Numbered from the stretch's first letter, positions 25,019-36,629 are shown. The stretch: DNA of 64,000 bases from Iphione sp. A-MEVVRFRX5 (GCA_976226885.1 OZ320313.1:115816001-115880000), one strand, 5' to 3'. Numbers and translations are program-made. Notes: a model not told the origin generated them from the sequence alone.

Positions 25019-25658
25019 CCGTGGGAGAGGGATCCAAAGACTATTAATGGACCTAGGACTACACCACGTTGCAACACTTGTATGCCCAGGGAAAGGATTG
25101 GCTGCAATATGCAGTGAAGCGATATCCATCTGCAATCGAGACAGCTATGAAACACTTATAGTAATAGCTGGTGTGAACGACCTGACGCAGCTTGTCCGAT
25201 TCCGCCGTGGACGAGATCGAAGAGGTGGAAAGTATGTCAAGCCAAGATATCATACTGAGCGGGAAGCAGCTGAAGGTATGAACGACTTACTGAGGAAATG
25301 CAACCGGGAAGTTAAGGAGAGGCTGCCAACAATGAGAACTGTTTTTTCGACACTGATTGGTTTAAGTTACACTGACACAAACGTCAAGATGTGTGGCTAT
25401 ATGCCAATGAAGTCGTGCGCTGAATATATACAAGGAGTAATCAACGCTGGTGTCATGAGATTCAACACAGAAGTTCAAGATGTCAATCGACAAAATGGCG
25501 TTTTCCAGCTGAACATCTCGTCAATCGTTCATTCGAGGATAAACGGGAAATGGAGGCACCATTACGGTCGGCTTCGGGACGGCTGCCACCTATGCGACTC
25601 ATCGACTCACGAGATGGCCAGGAGAATCGAGGCGTATGTGACAAGAAACAACTTCTGA
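24930..25658 (+). CDS. LINE ORF1b: SGNH/GDSL-type esterase domain
   Basis: Block I VLLAMDS (Ser codon 25017-25019), block II CPGKG, block III IVIAGVND (GVND 25170-25181), block V RDGCH (DGCH 25578-25589). Esterase ORF1 domains are established in CR1/L2-group LINEs. The true start is unclear because it overlaps ORF1a by 89 nt in the +1 frame. Confidence 0.8.
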   Translation: MYEMDYERRNNGKLYKARSQQPRVLLAMDSRGRGIQRLLMDLGLHHVATLVCPGKGLAAICSEAISICNRDSYETLIVIAGVNDLTQLVRFRRGRDRRGGKYVKPRYHTEREAAEGMNDLLRKCNREVKERLPTMRTVFSTLIGLSYTDTNVKMCGYMPMKSCAEYIQGVINAGVMRFNTEVQDVNRQNGVFQLNISSIVHSRINGKWRHHYGRLRDGCHLCDSSTHEMARRIEAYVTRNNF

Positions 25659-26430
25659 GGATGTCAACACGCGATGGTCAACGAGGCCATTGTGGCAAGG
25701 CCACATGGCAAATCTGCTCAGGCCACAACTCTCTTGGATGGAGACGTAGGCTACTTAACATTCCTTGCCCACCCATAAGTGTTATTATAGTTTGAGGATC
25801 TGACCATTTACGGGGAGGCAGCATCACTGTGGCAATGCAACGTGATGCATACACTAGGTCAGTCACATCGCGAGGTAATGTGAAGTATGACAACCAGCTA
25901 AGTGTTTAACCAGTGTGGCAGGTAAATGCTGTCGCCGGTAATGGGTGTACGTATGATGGTAGGAGCGATTGGACCGGAGCTGTGAGTATTGACCCATTCG
26001 TTATCTTATCGGCTAATGCTTCAATTGTAATTCATGCGTGTGTTCATACTTGTCTTCCTTGTAGAGATCATCACGAAGATTATACTACTGTTGTCAATGG
26101 TACTTAATACGGACACTTACCACTAACAACCTGAAATCGGTTTACAAAGTGTTTAAACTTCCATTTCAGAACCGTTTATTACTGCATGCAGTAATATGTT
26201 AGATAATTATTTACTCTCACCGTAACTAACACTTGTGATATAAGTGAGATGTCAGATAACGCCGCCTATATCCCTTTGCATGCGGCAGATACCTGCTGTG
26301 CAAAGGGATGTACAACACAAACGTTATTGTCAATGCGCGCAAACTCATCCATTTTCCCAGGTACATACATAGTGCTGAATAAAAATGTCAGGTGTCTGAA
26401 AAAAGAAGCTACAGGAATTCACTAAACCAA

Positions 26431-29256
26431 ATGATTAAGGTACTATACTTAAATATTCGCAGTATTGTACATAAAATTGATGATTTGACATACTACATGG
26501 AACAGGAGGAACCCGACATCATGATGATATCGGAAACCTGGCTTGGGAGTCACCTACCGTCTGAATTATTCAGAATTCCGGGATACGACCTGTATCGGGT
26601 GGATAGGCATGACTTAAAGAAGAAACACGGAGGTGGGTTGTTACTATACTCCAAGAGTGAGCTATCAGGGTGGCTAACTATTGGACACGGGAATGACAAT
26701 CCAACAAGTGAAATAGAGATGATTAAATGTGAACTGTCACTAAAAACCGGGAAAGTGACCCTTTACCAGGTTTACAGACCGCCTGACCGTGACTTAATAG
26801 GGGCATTGGATTACCTGACAAAGCAGGTGGAAAACCTTGCAAAACGGGAAAAACCATTCATAATACTAGGGGATATAAATGTCGACCAGAATACAAAGTC
26901 TAAGTTGAATTATAGAGTATTCGAAAATTTTTGTGATGAACTAATCCTAAGGCAGATAATCTCTGAGGATACGAGGGTAACCAATAGGAGCTCGACAAGA
27001 GTGGATATAGTATTGACAAATATGAAATGCGGTATGGTCAGGGGCGAGGTTAGGGCATGCGACTTCTCAGATCATGACGGGATATTGTGCGAAATTAACT
27101 GCAACATTTTATTATCTACAGAGAGGCTGCGATGGATAAGAAGCAATAAAAATTATAATGAGGAGGACTACTGCAAAATGGTGACTGATAGACTGAACAG
27201 GGAAACCAAACCAGAGTGGGGCCCGAACCTGACATGGGAACATTGTAAGGCCATTATGCAATCAGTGCATGATGACCTGCGACCGAGACGGAAGGTCAGA
27301 GTATCAGGTGGGGTCTTTAGAAACAAGTGGATGACAGAGGAGGTACTTGATAGAATCAGGAGACGTGGGAAAGCGTATCGTAAGGCCAAACAGTCAGGCG
27401 ACCCTGCTGACTGGCTGGAATATAAAATGTTAAGGTATAACTCTAAAAAGGCTGTAAGACGGGCAAAAAGGGATTACCTCTCAAACATGACTAGGGAACT
27501 ATCGACTGACAGTAGAAAATACTGGCAAAGCATTAAAGAAAATTTTGGCCTAAAGGTGGCTCAATGCGATCATATTCAACTAAAAGACACGGACGGTACA
27601 ACTCTAAAGGAGGATGTGCCCTGTTATATAAACAGTTTTTTCATTAACATAGGCAAGAAAATACAGGAGAAATTAGGGTCGACAGCTAGGGATTTAACGA
27701 CTGGAACAGATAGACACCGACCCTTGGAAAATTTCTCTGCCTCACCAGAGACAGTTAAGCGAGCTATAAAATCATTCAAGGACTCAAAAGCGTCTATGGT
27801 TGACGATATCCCAACTGCAAGTGTCAAAAAGGTTTTGATAAAGAATGTGGATTTCTTCACGACTTTATTAAACAAGATTTATATGCTGGGAGAAATCCCA
27901 CAAGACTGGAAGCAATCAGTAGTAGTGCCTATACACAAGGGTGGCAGTAAATTGAGTGTGGAGAATTACAGACCAATAAGCTTGTTGCCACTCCCATCTA
28001 AGGTAATGGAGCGGGTCGTGCATGCACAGCTGTATGAGCACCTTGAAAAAGAAGGCTACTTTGTGAACAGACAGTATGGTTTTAGGACTGGACGGTCGAC
28101 CGACATGGCAGTAGGGGACTTTATGGATGACGTCAACGAGGGCCTTAATGGAAGACTAAAGGTAATGGGGATATTTATAGACTTTCGAAAAGCCTTCGAC
28201 TCGGTAAACCATTCTGTCCTACTACAGGTGCTAACTGAGATCGGACTGTCGGGGGCAAATCTGAAATGGGTACGCAACTACTTACATGGTAGGGAACAAA
28301 AAGTTAGATGCAATGGCCAACTCTCCAACGGACTTAGGGTGCATTGTGGAGTCCCCCAGGGCTCCATCTTAGGCCCCCTCTTTTTTATCATCTTTGTAAA
28401 TACCCTAGTCAAGAAGGTGACTGCAGGTACATGCTACATCTACGCAGATGACGTTGCGGTGGTGGTAAAAGCAGCCACAATGGATGGTGCAATTAAACTA
28501 GCTAAGACTGCACTAGAACAGATTGGGGACTGGGCAGCTCTAATGAAAATACAGATAAACTTAAAGAAAACCAACGGTATGATATTCCGAGCGCGTAGAA
28601 GCAAGGGGGATGAACGACTCAGGAAGATAGTCGAAGAGCAGCTGGGTATTGATATAGTCACTCTATCAAAATACCTAGGGGTATATGTGGATGATTTCCT
28701 GAGTATGAAAGAAAATCAGAAAAGGACAAACAACAGATTAAGAGTAAGAGTAAGATACCTACGGACAATCAGGAGGTACATGGATCGTGAACTAGCTGTC
28801 CGGATTGCCACTACAATGATACTGCCAGTGAGCGAATATTGCCTGGTAACAAACACAGTAATAAACTGTAGGGGGTTTGAAAGACTCGCAAGAACTAGGA
28901 AGGTTGCTATCAATACAGCCTATGGCTATAAGAGAGTGAGTACAGATGATATGAAACGTGACTTGATTGGTAGAAGGAATAAAGCCCTATTGAGGTTAGC
29001 CTACATCAAAGCTGATAATGAGGCGGGTAATAGTAGAGAAAGGGAGGAATTACGCACAGCAACCAGGAGTGCAGAAAAACGACAGTTGCATGTCAAACGG
29101 CCTAGAATTGAAATGTACCGAAAATCCATTGCCTATACCTGCTTTCTACTCTGGCAGCGCCTGAGTGTAGAGGAATCGTGGTTAGAAGGAAGGGCAAGAC
29201 GTCTACATATTAAAAAATTCGGTAGGGCCATGATTCAAGATTACAAAGTGCCCTGA
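26431..29256 (+). CDS. LINE ORF2: apurinic-like endonuclease plus reverse transcriptase
   Basis: First ATG of the 954-codon track ORF is at 26431 (MIKVLYLNIRS). APE motifs ISETWL, VYRPP, ILGDIN, FSDHD. RT motifs YRPISLL, QYGFR, DFRKAFDSVNH, GVPQGSILGP, YADD, KYLGV. No stop or frameshift. Confidence 0.96.
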   Translation: MIKVLYLNIRSIVHKIDDLTYYMEQEEPDIMMISETWLGSHLPSELFRIPGYDLYRVDRHDLKKKHGGGLLLYSKSELSGWLTIGHGNDNPTSEIEMIKCELSLKTGKVTLYQVYRPPDRDLIGALDYLTKQVENLAKREKPFIILGDINVDQNTKSKLNYRVFENFCDELILRQIISEDTRVTNRSSTRVDIVLTNMKCGMVRGEVRACDFSDHDGILCEINCNILLSTERLRWIRSNKNYNEEDYCKMVTDRLNRETKPEWGPNLTWEHCKAIMQSVHDDLRPRRKVRVSGGVFRNKWMTEEVLDRIRRRGKAYRKAKQSGDPADWLEYKMLRYNSKKAVRRAKRDYLSNMTRELSTDSRKYWQSIKENFGLKVAQCDHIQLKDTDGTTLKEDVPCYINSFFINIGKKIQEKLGSTARDLTTGTDRHRPLENFSASPETVKRAIKSFKDSKASMVDDIPTASVKKVLIKNVDFFTTLLNKIYMLGEIPQDWKQSVVVPIHKGGSKLSVENYRPISLLPLPSKVMERVVHAQLYEHLEKEGYFVNRQYGFRTGRSTDMAVGDFMDDVNEGLNGRLKVMGIFIDFRKAFDSVNHSVLLQVLTEIGLSGANLKWVRNYLHGREQKVRCNGQLSNGLRVHCGVPQGSILGPLFFIIFVNTLVKKVTAGTCYIYADDVAVVVKAATMDGAIKLAKTALEQIGDWAALMKIQINLKKTNGMIFRARRSKGDERLRKIVEEQLGIDIVTLSKYLGVYVDDFLSMKENQKRTNNRLRVRVRYLRTIRRYMDRELAVRIATTMILPVSEYCLVTNTVINCRGFERLARTRKVAINTAYGYKRVSTDDMKRDLIGRRNKALLRLAYIKADNEAGNSREREELRTATRSAEKRQLHVKRPRIEMYRKSIAYTCFLLWQRLSVEESWLEGRARRLHIKKFGRAMIQDYKVP

Positions 29257-29334
29257 TGCATAAAATCCAGGCACTAGTAGAGGGATATGTGTGGGAGAAA
29301 GTAGTTTCAATTTAGGGTAAACTAGTAAAACCTG

Positions 29335-29520
29335 CATGTGGCAAAGCCACTGTGGGTTCACATGATGTAAGGGGTATATGACGCATCTTCCGAAATATAT
29401 AACTACCGGACATGTGGCAAGGCCACTGTCAAAGCCAGAAACTTTGCCAGAAAATGAGTTGGTAACATGATCCTGTAAGCGAAATTGTTAACGAAGAAGG
29501 GCATGTGGCAATGCCACTGT
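29335..29520 (+). repeat. Three spaced 19-nt palindromic repeats CATGTGGCAA(A/G/T)GCCACTGT in the LINE 3' UTR
   Basis: Copies at 29335-29353, 29411-29429 and 29502-29520, separated by unrelated 57- and 72-nt spacers; each folds as GTGGC-NNN-GCCAC. Confidence 0.85.
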
Positions 29521-29808
29521 CTACCTACGAGACAACGCAGTGTAGTAGATGTAACAATACTAGCGAGAATTACTCTATGAGAATTGAGAACAAACAATTG
29601 TACCATGCTTGATGAAATCAATAGACACCAGAGCTAGGAAAAAGGGGAAAAGTAACATCATGCATCTACCACTCATCTGTAAAGTATCCAACATCACATT
29701 CCATCTCACATTTAAAGACCACTTTCTTGTAAATAGTTAGAGTAAGATCGTAATTATCAAAAAGGAAATACTGGTGCTACGTACAGACCTGTATACTTAA
29801 CCAGTGGA

Positions 29809-29839
29809 AATAAAGAAATAAAAAAAAAAAAAAAAAAAA
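29809..29839 (+). terminator. Polyadenylation signal and poly(A) tail of the LINE
   Basis: AATAAAGAAATAAA followed by the A run to 29839. Confidence 0.85.
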
Positions 29840-30726
29840 TCATTTTTTAATAACCGCTTTGAAGTTTCAAACCAATTGCGAGAATTCTTTCTCTACGTAG
29901 GCGATAAGGGGCATTGCCACTGGGAGCCTGAGGTGATAGGCTTTAAGAGGAGAATTCAGCGGCAACCGAGAGGAATTGAAGAACAACTAACAGTTTCATT
30001 TTGACAAGGAAGGGAAAAATGATCCACATGGAGTACTAACTAAGAAGGCTTGAGTCTTTATGTCGGTTGGGTAGAATAGAACTGTTCTCATGAATTCATG
30101 TTTGCTTCTTGAGAAATGATAACATATCGTCATACCTTGATATAGAACATAAAGTAATAAATTTAGTATATTGAACAGATAGACTTAGCTTGAGCCATAA
30201 GAAACAATCAAGATGGATTGGTGGGAATTAGCAAAAGAAACTAAACCGTTCAAGAACTAGAGGACGGTTCTAAGGCTTCGAAATGCAAATCATGAGATAA
30301 ATACATTTTAATTAATTTTATTTAATTAAATAATATTCGAATACAAATTTCACTGTGAATATGCTCACAAACACTCCAAGGTTCGACTGGTGTAAAGACG
30401 ATCACACAAATATTTCATACATAAATTATATAAGTGTTTCTTTATTAATCCTGTGGTAATTGTATGGCTTACACGTAGACACTTAGGTCAGCATAACGCC
30501 GTTTCGCAAGCGTAATGCAACGCCCCTTTTTCCTAAAGAAATCCAATGCATAATGAAAGGCAACTGCGGTACACAGCGCCTGATAATAAAGACTTCCGAT
30601 AATTAGTTTTCCCACTATTTGTGCCTTCTCTACATTCCTCCTCATACACGTAGCTATCTATTATCACAGCAGGTCTAACACTGGGCATACCTGCAGAATC
30701 TCCCTCCCGGTAACAAAGCACCATAG

Positions 30727-30988
30727 TAGCCTGACTGGTAAATCGGATTAGAGTATGCATTTAGTCTGATCTAGAGGCCAGAGCCTTCCAGTCGCACACG
30801 TTTGGACCCAAAGTGGTCCGGACATTATTATTTTTGTGAAGACGGAAAGAAATCGGCGGCGAAACTAGAAACTACTTGATGAAATTCTCTCTGTGAACCG
30901 ATTGGTAGAAGACGCCCTTGCTCGTGGCAGCTACTGATTGTGTTTCAATAATGTGTCTGCCCATATTAATCAGTCGTCGAGCAGGCTA
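30727..30988. mobile_element. Possible small MITE
   Basis: TAGCCTG at 30727 and CAGGCTA ending at 30988, with partial further complementarity (GACTG / CAGTC). Confidence 0.35.
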
Positions 30989-33405
30989 ACTGTCTCAGCC
31001 TAATAGGGACAAACGACGAACGGAACTCCTGTACGTGCAAGGACAGAGTTCTGTAGACTACTTTCGTCTAAATAGAGAGGGAAATTTCAGTGTAACCTGG
31101 CACAATAGTTTTACAAACGCTAATCACAAATTCACACAGCAAATGTATTTTCTCTGGGATGATCCATTTTCCATTTGTCCTGAAATATGCCTATATTCCA
31201 GTAATAGGCAGTCTAATGGCAGTATCAATACCCTTTTCTTATTTCATAAATTCATTATCACGTTTTTCTATATTTAGTCGAATCGATAATAGTACATTAT
31301 TCAACGTTCTATTGTGAAGCTGAATAACGTGTACTACTTACTATGCTTACGAATTTACTGTGTGTAACCCATTTTGTCTTACCTTTTAAAAATGTGATAT
31401 TTCTAATCATATATATACAGATAAGATTTAAAAACTGTAAAAGGGTATAGTCTTGTAATCATAGAATAGCCTGCGAAACACATCCATTGTTATATACTAC
31501 TACTGTCACCCTACCCCGCGTGTCCCGTTTCTAGGTTGTCATGTTTCATATCCTTCGATTCAGATATAACTCTCTTGAGTCAACTGCAGAACCAAAATAC
31601 GTTGTAAAATTTTACACTGACATATCAGACATGCGTTTAGTCTTTCTTTTCATCCTTTGTTATTGGTGGGAAAAGATGGCTTTCAACTTGTATTGATGGA
31701 CATGATCAAACATTTTATTATGTTAGAGATCCACGTAGATATGTAAAGCTCAGAGATAGTTTGGCTTCTTGTTTTGGTTATGATTACTTAGTATTATTGT
31801 TCTTATATAAACTATACGCTCTGACCAACGTGGCTGCTAGTTTACTGCAGTTCGGTGTATATGTACTCCTAGACGACAAAAATTCCATAAATATCATTAG
31901 AAGATATCCTCATGTGAGTAAGTACAGTCAACAGAAACGCAAGTTTTATTCGTAGACCCCAAAATCGAGATCTGCACTTCCTCAAAAGCAGACCTTAAAG
32001 ATTCTCTTCGATTACAGTTCCATAGAATGAAAAGGTTGATTATTTTTAACTCACGGCCGCATTTGTGAAGGGTACAAACAATGAATAACGCGAGCATGGT
32101 AGCTAAACCGCTGATGGTCCCGTTCTGTGTGTTCTATTGCATAATGGGCATACTTCATTGATCGAACCCTGTGTGTGGCTGCGTTAGAAGCTCCGGGAGA
32201 TCAGAGACTACGGCTCGCAGGATCTTCCAACTGCCTCTGACAGCGCTGCGGGCGGCCTCCGGACATATCCGGGCAGCTTTGGAACGGATCGGCGGCCAAT
32301 GGCAGCCGGATTTCGGGCAGGCAATGACCAAACCGGTGGAAAGTCTCTTGTAACAACCCGCTGCCATTACGGTAACCACCAGCATCACAGCCACCTTCAT
32401 CAGCGGGCCTCGGTAGCGCCATTACGGTCGCCAGCGCAGCCCGAAACCTCCAGAAACCGCATTCTGTCAGCTGGAGAGCCCTTCATGCCTATTTGAATAT
32501 CGGAATTTTTAAAAAAGGAGTTTCTTCTGTTGAAATTGACTTCCACCCCAGAAAGGCCGGAGAGCGGATAAAACTAATGAGAGAAAGGGGCAGAAAAGAA
32601 CAGAGTGGAATTGCCGGTAAGAAACAAGCTCCTTTACACAAATATCGTCCCCTGAATTTTACATCTTTTTTTCACGGAGACCTGTCAATCGTCAACCGAA
32701 AGGCAAGTAGACATTCTACCGGTCCCATCTTCCTTTCCTTACAGCATAGGATATAAAATCCTAAGATGCAAACAGAGCACCCTCCTAAAGCGCCCCATCG
32801 ATTCGGAGGTTCGGCTAACCGTGTCTGCGCGGGCCTCCATGGCTCAAATCTAAGAAGGAAATTAAAGGATGTGCAGTTGGTTTCCTTGGAGGGACATTTC
32901 TATAGCGCCCTTGGCTGCCTGTGTTTGCTCGGTTGCCGAAGGAGATCTTGCTTTAATCTCGCCCTTTTATTATAGTGTGTATGTGTGGGATCGTTGGTTC
33001 TCGTCTCTCTCTACACGTGCCTAACTTCCAATGTCCCCCAGCTTTGCCCCTCAACCGACCAAAAAACTACAAGAAGAGCAGTTGCTCTATTCCTGCAATG
33101 GTTCCGGATGCCTATTTAAGTGTATGAAGGCTCTTCTTGGTGTAAATCGGTGCCCCAATAAAATGAAATCTTGATTAGAAAATAAAGCATTGAAGTGGTC
33201 TTGAATGTTCTTCGTAAGGAGTGTCCGGTCCTATACGAGGAGTTAGAATATATATAAATACTTTATAGACGGCTGGAAGGGAGAGAATAGAAGAAAATAT
33301 TTTGAATATTGATGCTGGCCCTTTGACCTATTCGCCTGTGCCTTATGTTAACGTAATGTGTCCAGTCTTAATATATCGCCAGGGATTGGGGAAGGATGTA
33401 GTCCG

Positions 33406-33422
33406 TGGCCGCTAGAGGGCAG
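33406..33422 (+). promoter_or_regulatory. CTCF-like motif
   Basis: TGGCCGCTAGAGGGCAG matches the CCASYAGRKGGCRS-type consensus closely; function unverified. Confidence 0.35.
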
Positions 33423-36139
33423 GTGGCCATAGTTGTGATCAATGCCCTTCCGATGATATGGATCTTGCCGTATGGGCTTATTATCGCCCGCGGTGACCTA
33501 GATCCTGGCAGGCCGCCGCGGAGGGTGGGCGGAGCTGTGGGTGGCAGGGGGATAAGGGCTTAGCCATACATGACGGTAGTCACCCTCCCGCCCCTACCTG
33601 CCCACAACCATTCACCACGAGCCGTTCATTTTGTTGTCAACATGTCGTTGATTGTCAAGCGTGCACGGGAAACTACCAATGCGTCACGCAGCTACTCCAC
33701 TGTCAAGTATAAAACGGCCGTCCTCCTTTTAGCCTCCACCGACTAATCGTGGGATCCGAGTATCTGCCTTTTGCTAAATGCCACTGACTTCTCCTGAATG
33801 TACAATGCCCACTACTGTCAGACATTATTTCCCCAAGTGATGGCCCACCCTTAGTTTCGCTTCCTAATCTTAAAGGATCAATGAATAATCACAGTGGTAG
33901 TGTGCTTGGCCCAGAGACTGGGGTTCTTGGATAGGTTACTACATTTGCCCGGAGGCTGCATTATTACATGGAGATTGAATATAATTTATCTCACAGGCTG
34001 TGTTGTTCTGTAGACTATCAAGCCTACTCTTGGATGCATGTTACAGCCATTAGATGATAAAATGTACCTTCAGCTCAGACATAAGTCTTTTATTGCCATG
34101 TTTTCCCGTTACCACACATACAGTCGCTTTAATCCATTAGCGGAAAGCGGTTGGGCTTTTGTACCAACTCTGTGGCTGATAATATATGTAGCCTGCAGCC
34201 TATGCGACTATCAAACCTCAACACCAGGACAACATGTCGCACGCTGTGGTGATCTAATTAGTTCACCCCGAGCTGCAGCAACGGTGAGGGGGACCATTAG
34301 AGATTGATTTTTCAAATCCCGGGCCGCGCTTCAGGCTGCAAGTACGCGCCTTGCTTAAATCTGGACTGGTAGCGCGGTATAAGGAGAGAGGCTACCGAAA
34401 TGGCTTCAGATCCTCCCAGGCCGTCGGCTAACATTTAGCGGCTCCCCTGCCGACCTCAAGCAGCTATCGATCTGCTTGTCCCTGAGCCGCTGTAACATAT
34501 GTTACACTCGGACTGTATTTACGGCTGGGTTCTTGCCGAAAAAGCAGCGGCACCGTCACCATGGGGCTGCCTTTGGTTCCTTCCCTGTCAGCCTTGCCGC
34601 AACGCTGAACCAACTAACGAACACCGTCTACTTCCGTGCAGCCTGGCACAGCTTCCATTATTTTTTTATGGATCCAAAGACACAATCAATAGATCGTGTG
34701 TTTGCACAGAGCGACCAAGAGGGCTTGCCCTGCGGCGCGGAAGAGAGAGGTGAGCTTGGCTGGGGTATAGGGTTCTTCTTGTTGCTGCCAGCCTAAACAC
34801 GTTTATCTAACTACATATGGCCGAAGTTGGGCCCAGGGTTCCCCCTATCATAACATATGCTAGCCACAGGAAAGGCCAAGATATGTAACAGACATGTTTG
34901 TGCGGTATCGATCGGGAAATTCCTTTCTACCTTCACGAGCCAGTTGAATGCATAAAGTTGTTTTTATTCACGTGTTACCTCTTTTAAATTCATTTCCAAC
35001 CTGACGTTAGTTCAACAGTGGCTTACATCACAGGGACACGGCAATGTACGTTGCCAACTTTATAAAGGAAGCCTGTGTAGTGTGATTGACGGGCATACTC
35101 GAAATAACATCACTGCACAGAATATCAGAAGAACTAGTAAACTAAAAATGACGCAAACCCACGTCGTAATACTTTGAGTGATTCCTGATCAAACAAAGTA
35201 AAACACCTGATGTTTTGATAATACGAAGGCAGGAATAGCTTTCCAGATGGCACAGGCTGGTTATTTGGAGACAGACTAAATATTTAAAGTGACCTCTTTG
35301 GGCTAGGTCCATTACATATACCAATAGAACACGTCCGTATCGACAGCGTGAGGCCATAGGCTGTGCGCTATAGGTCATCGAATATAGTACCATGACACAG
35401 TATAAATATGTCTCACTGAGACGTATTGTTCCCCGATAGGTAAGGGGAAGACAGGCATCAGTCAACCCTCGTTCAAGACCGGGCTTCACGCGCGACTCGC
35501 TCCCCTAAATGACGTTCCAACCCGCTCCTAGCACACATTAACTGACCGGATCACCATTGGATGCTTCCCACACAGCGCTGATGGGAAGTTCGGCGGAACG
35601 CACAGACATTACAGAGGAGCCGTCCAGGCCGACTAATTGTTGCATTGATAACCTGTTAAATGGGTCGTTGGACCTTCAATCAATGTCCATCAGCGCGAGC
35701 ATTGTGGTCACCATGGGATGTGATTACCTCCAGCTGCCGACCTGCACACTTTCTACTAGAAGGCTGATCAGACTGGTGTCCTTGACATCTCTCTGCCCCC
35801 CGTGCCTACCTTTATTTTCTATGGTACTCTCAAACTAAAATGACCCCCGCTTAAAATCTCCAACATTTTTTTCTATGACGGAACTGCAGTTTTCTATCAT
35901 ACTGTTGGACCTATCATACTGTCATATAAAGTGTACATCCCAAAACTACACCTTGAATACAATCGTAGCATAATGTATGAAGTTTATGTTATTTAAGGTA
36001 AATCTATTTAAAATTGATTTTAATAAAATCTGACTTGTCTATAATTCTGTTTTATATCATATTTAGATCGATTCCTAAAAACCCGGCCTTTATTGGTATT
36101 AGTCCTTTTTTTCTTTTACTCTATTCCTTTGCCAATTGG

Positions 36140-36412
36140 TTATACCCAGAGGGAAGATCGGTCCTTCTTTAAGACTGACAGGACCTCTCTGGAGGGAGAC
36201 TCGCTTAATATATCTCTCACTGGAAGCCCCACCTGGCGATATGCTGGCCGTGGCCTGTTGCCTTTAGAAGCAAAGAAACCTGCCTGGGAACTAATGCAGA
36301 GAGTGGTGGTATCCTGGGTGTTGGCCTTCTGCCTAAATGGCCATGGGAGTGGGAGGGGCCTCAAAGGCAGAGGGAGGGGGTACTGGGTGTAGAAGAATAA
36401 TGAAGATGGCAT
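36140..36412 (-). pseudogene. Possible decayed tyrosine-recombinase (DIRS/Ngaro-like) C-terminal fragment
   Basis: Across frames: YHHSLH*, IARW, ASSERYI, resembling HSxR...GRWxS...YI. Needs frameshifts; weak. Confidence 0.25.
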
Positions 36413-36629
36413 AGCTGCACTATTCTCTGTTGTAGCCCTGTGCTAACATTTGCCTTTTTGGGGCGGAGGGACTGTAGGAAGAAGCCATGAAAAGAGCAAA
36501 ACGAAAGAGTCTCTTCATCCTTGTTCTCTGCCTGGCCGAGTACCATAAATAGAAAGCACACAAAGTGTCGATCGATCGACCTCGCATCATTTCTTAATTG
36601 AGACGTTTGATCGGCTTCTCCGACGTGCA

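Larger units (their letters stand above)
24194..29839 (+). mobile_element. CR1-group (CR1/L2/Crack-like) non-LTR retrotransposon, near full length, antisense in the 22.6 kb nAChR intron
   Basis: ORF1 region (NADAR + SGNH), uninterrupted APE-RT ORF2, ~560-nt 3' UTR, AATAAA at 29809-29814 and a 20-nt A run at 29820-29839. 5' boundary uncertain; no TSD recognised. Confidence 0.93.

Noticed and set aside
24169-28913. Minus-strand and alternate-frame ORFs inside the LINE
   Set aside because: Shadows of the long plus-strand ORFs; no recognisable motifs.
29335-29520. CRISPR-like look of palindromic repeats with unique spacers
   Set aside because: Eukaryotic LINE 3' UTR; only three 19-nt repeats, spacers of unequal length (57 and 72 nt), no cas genes.
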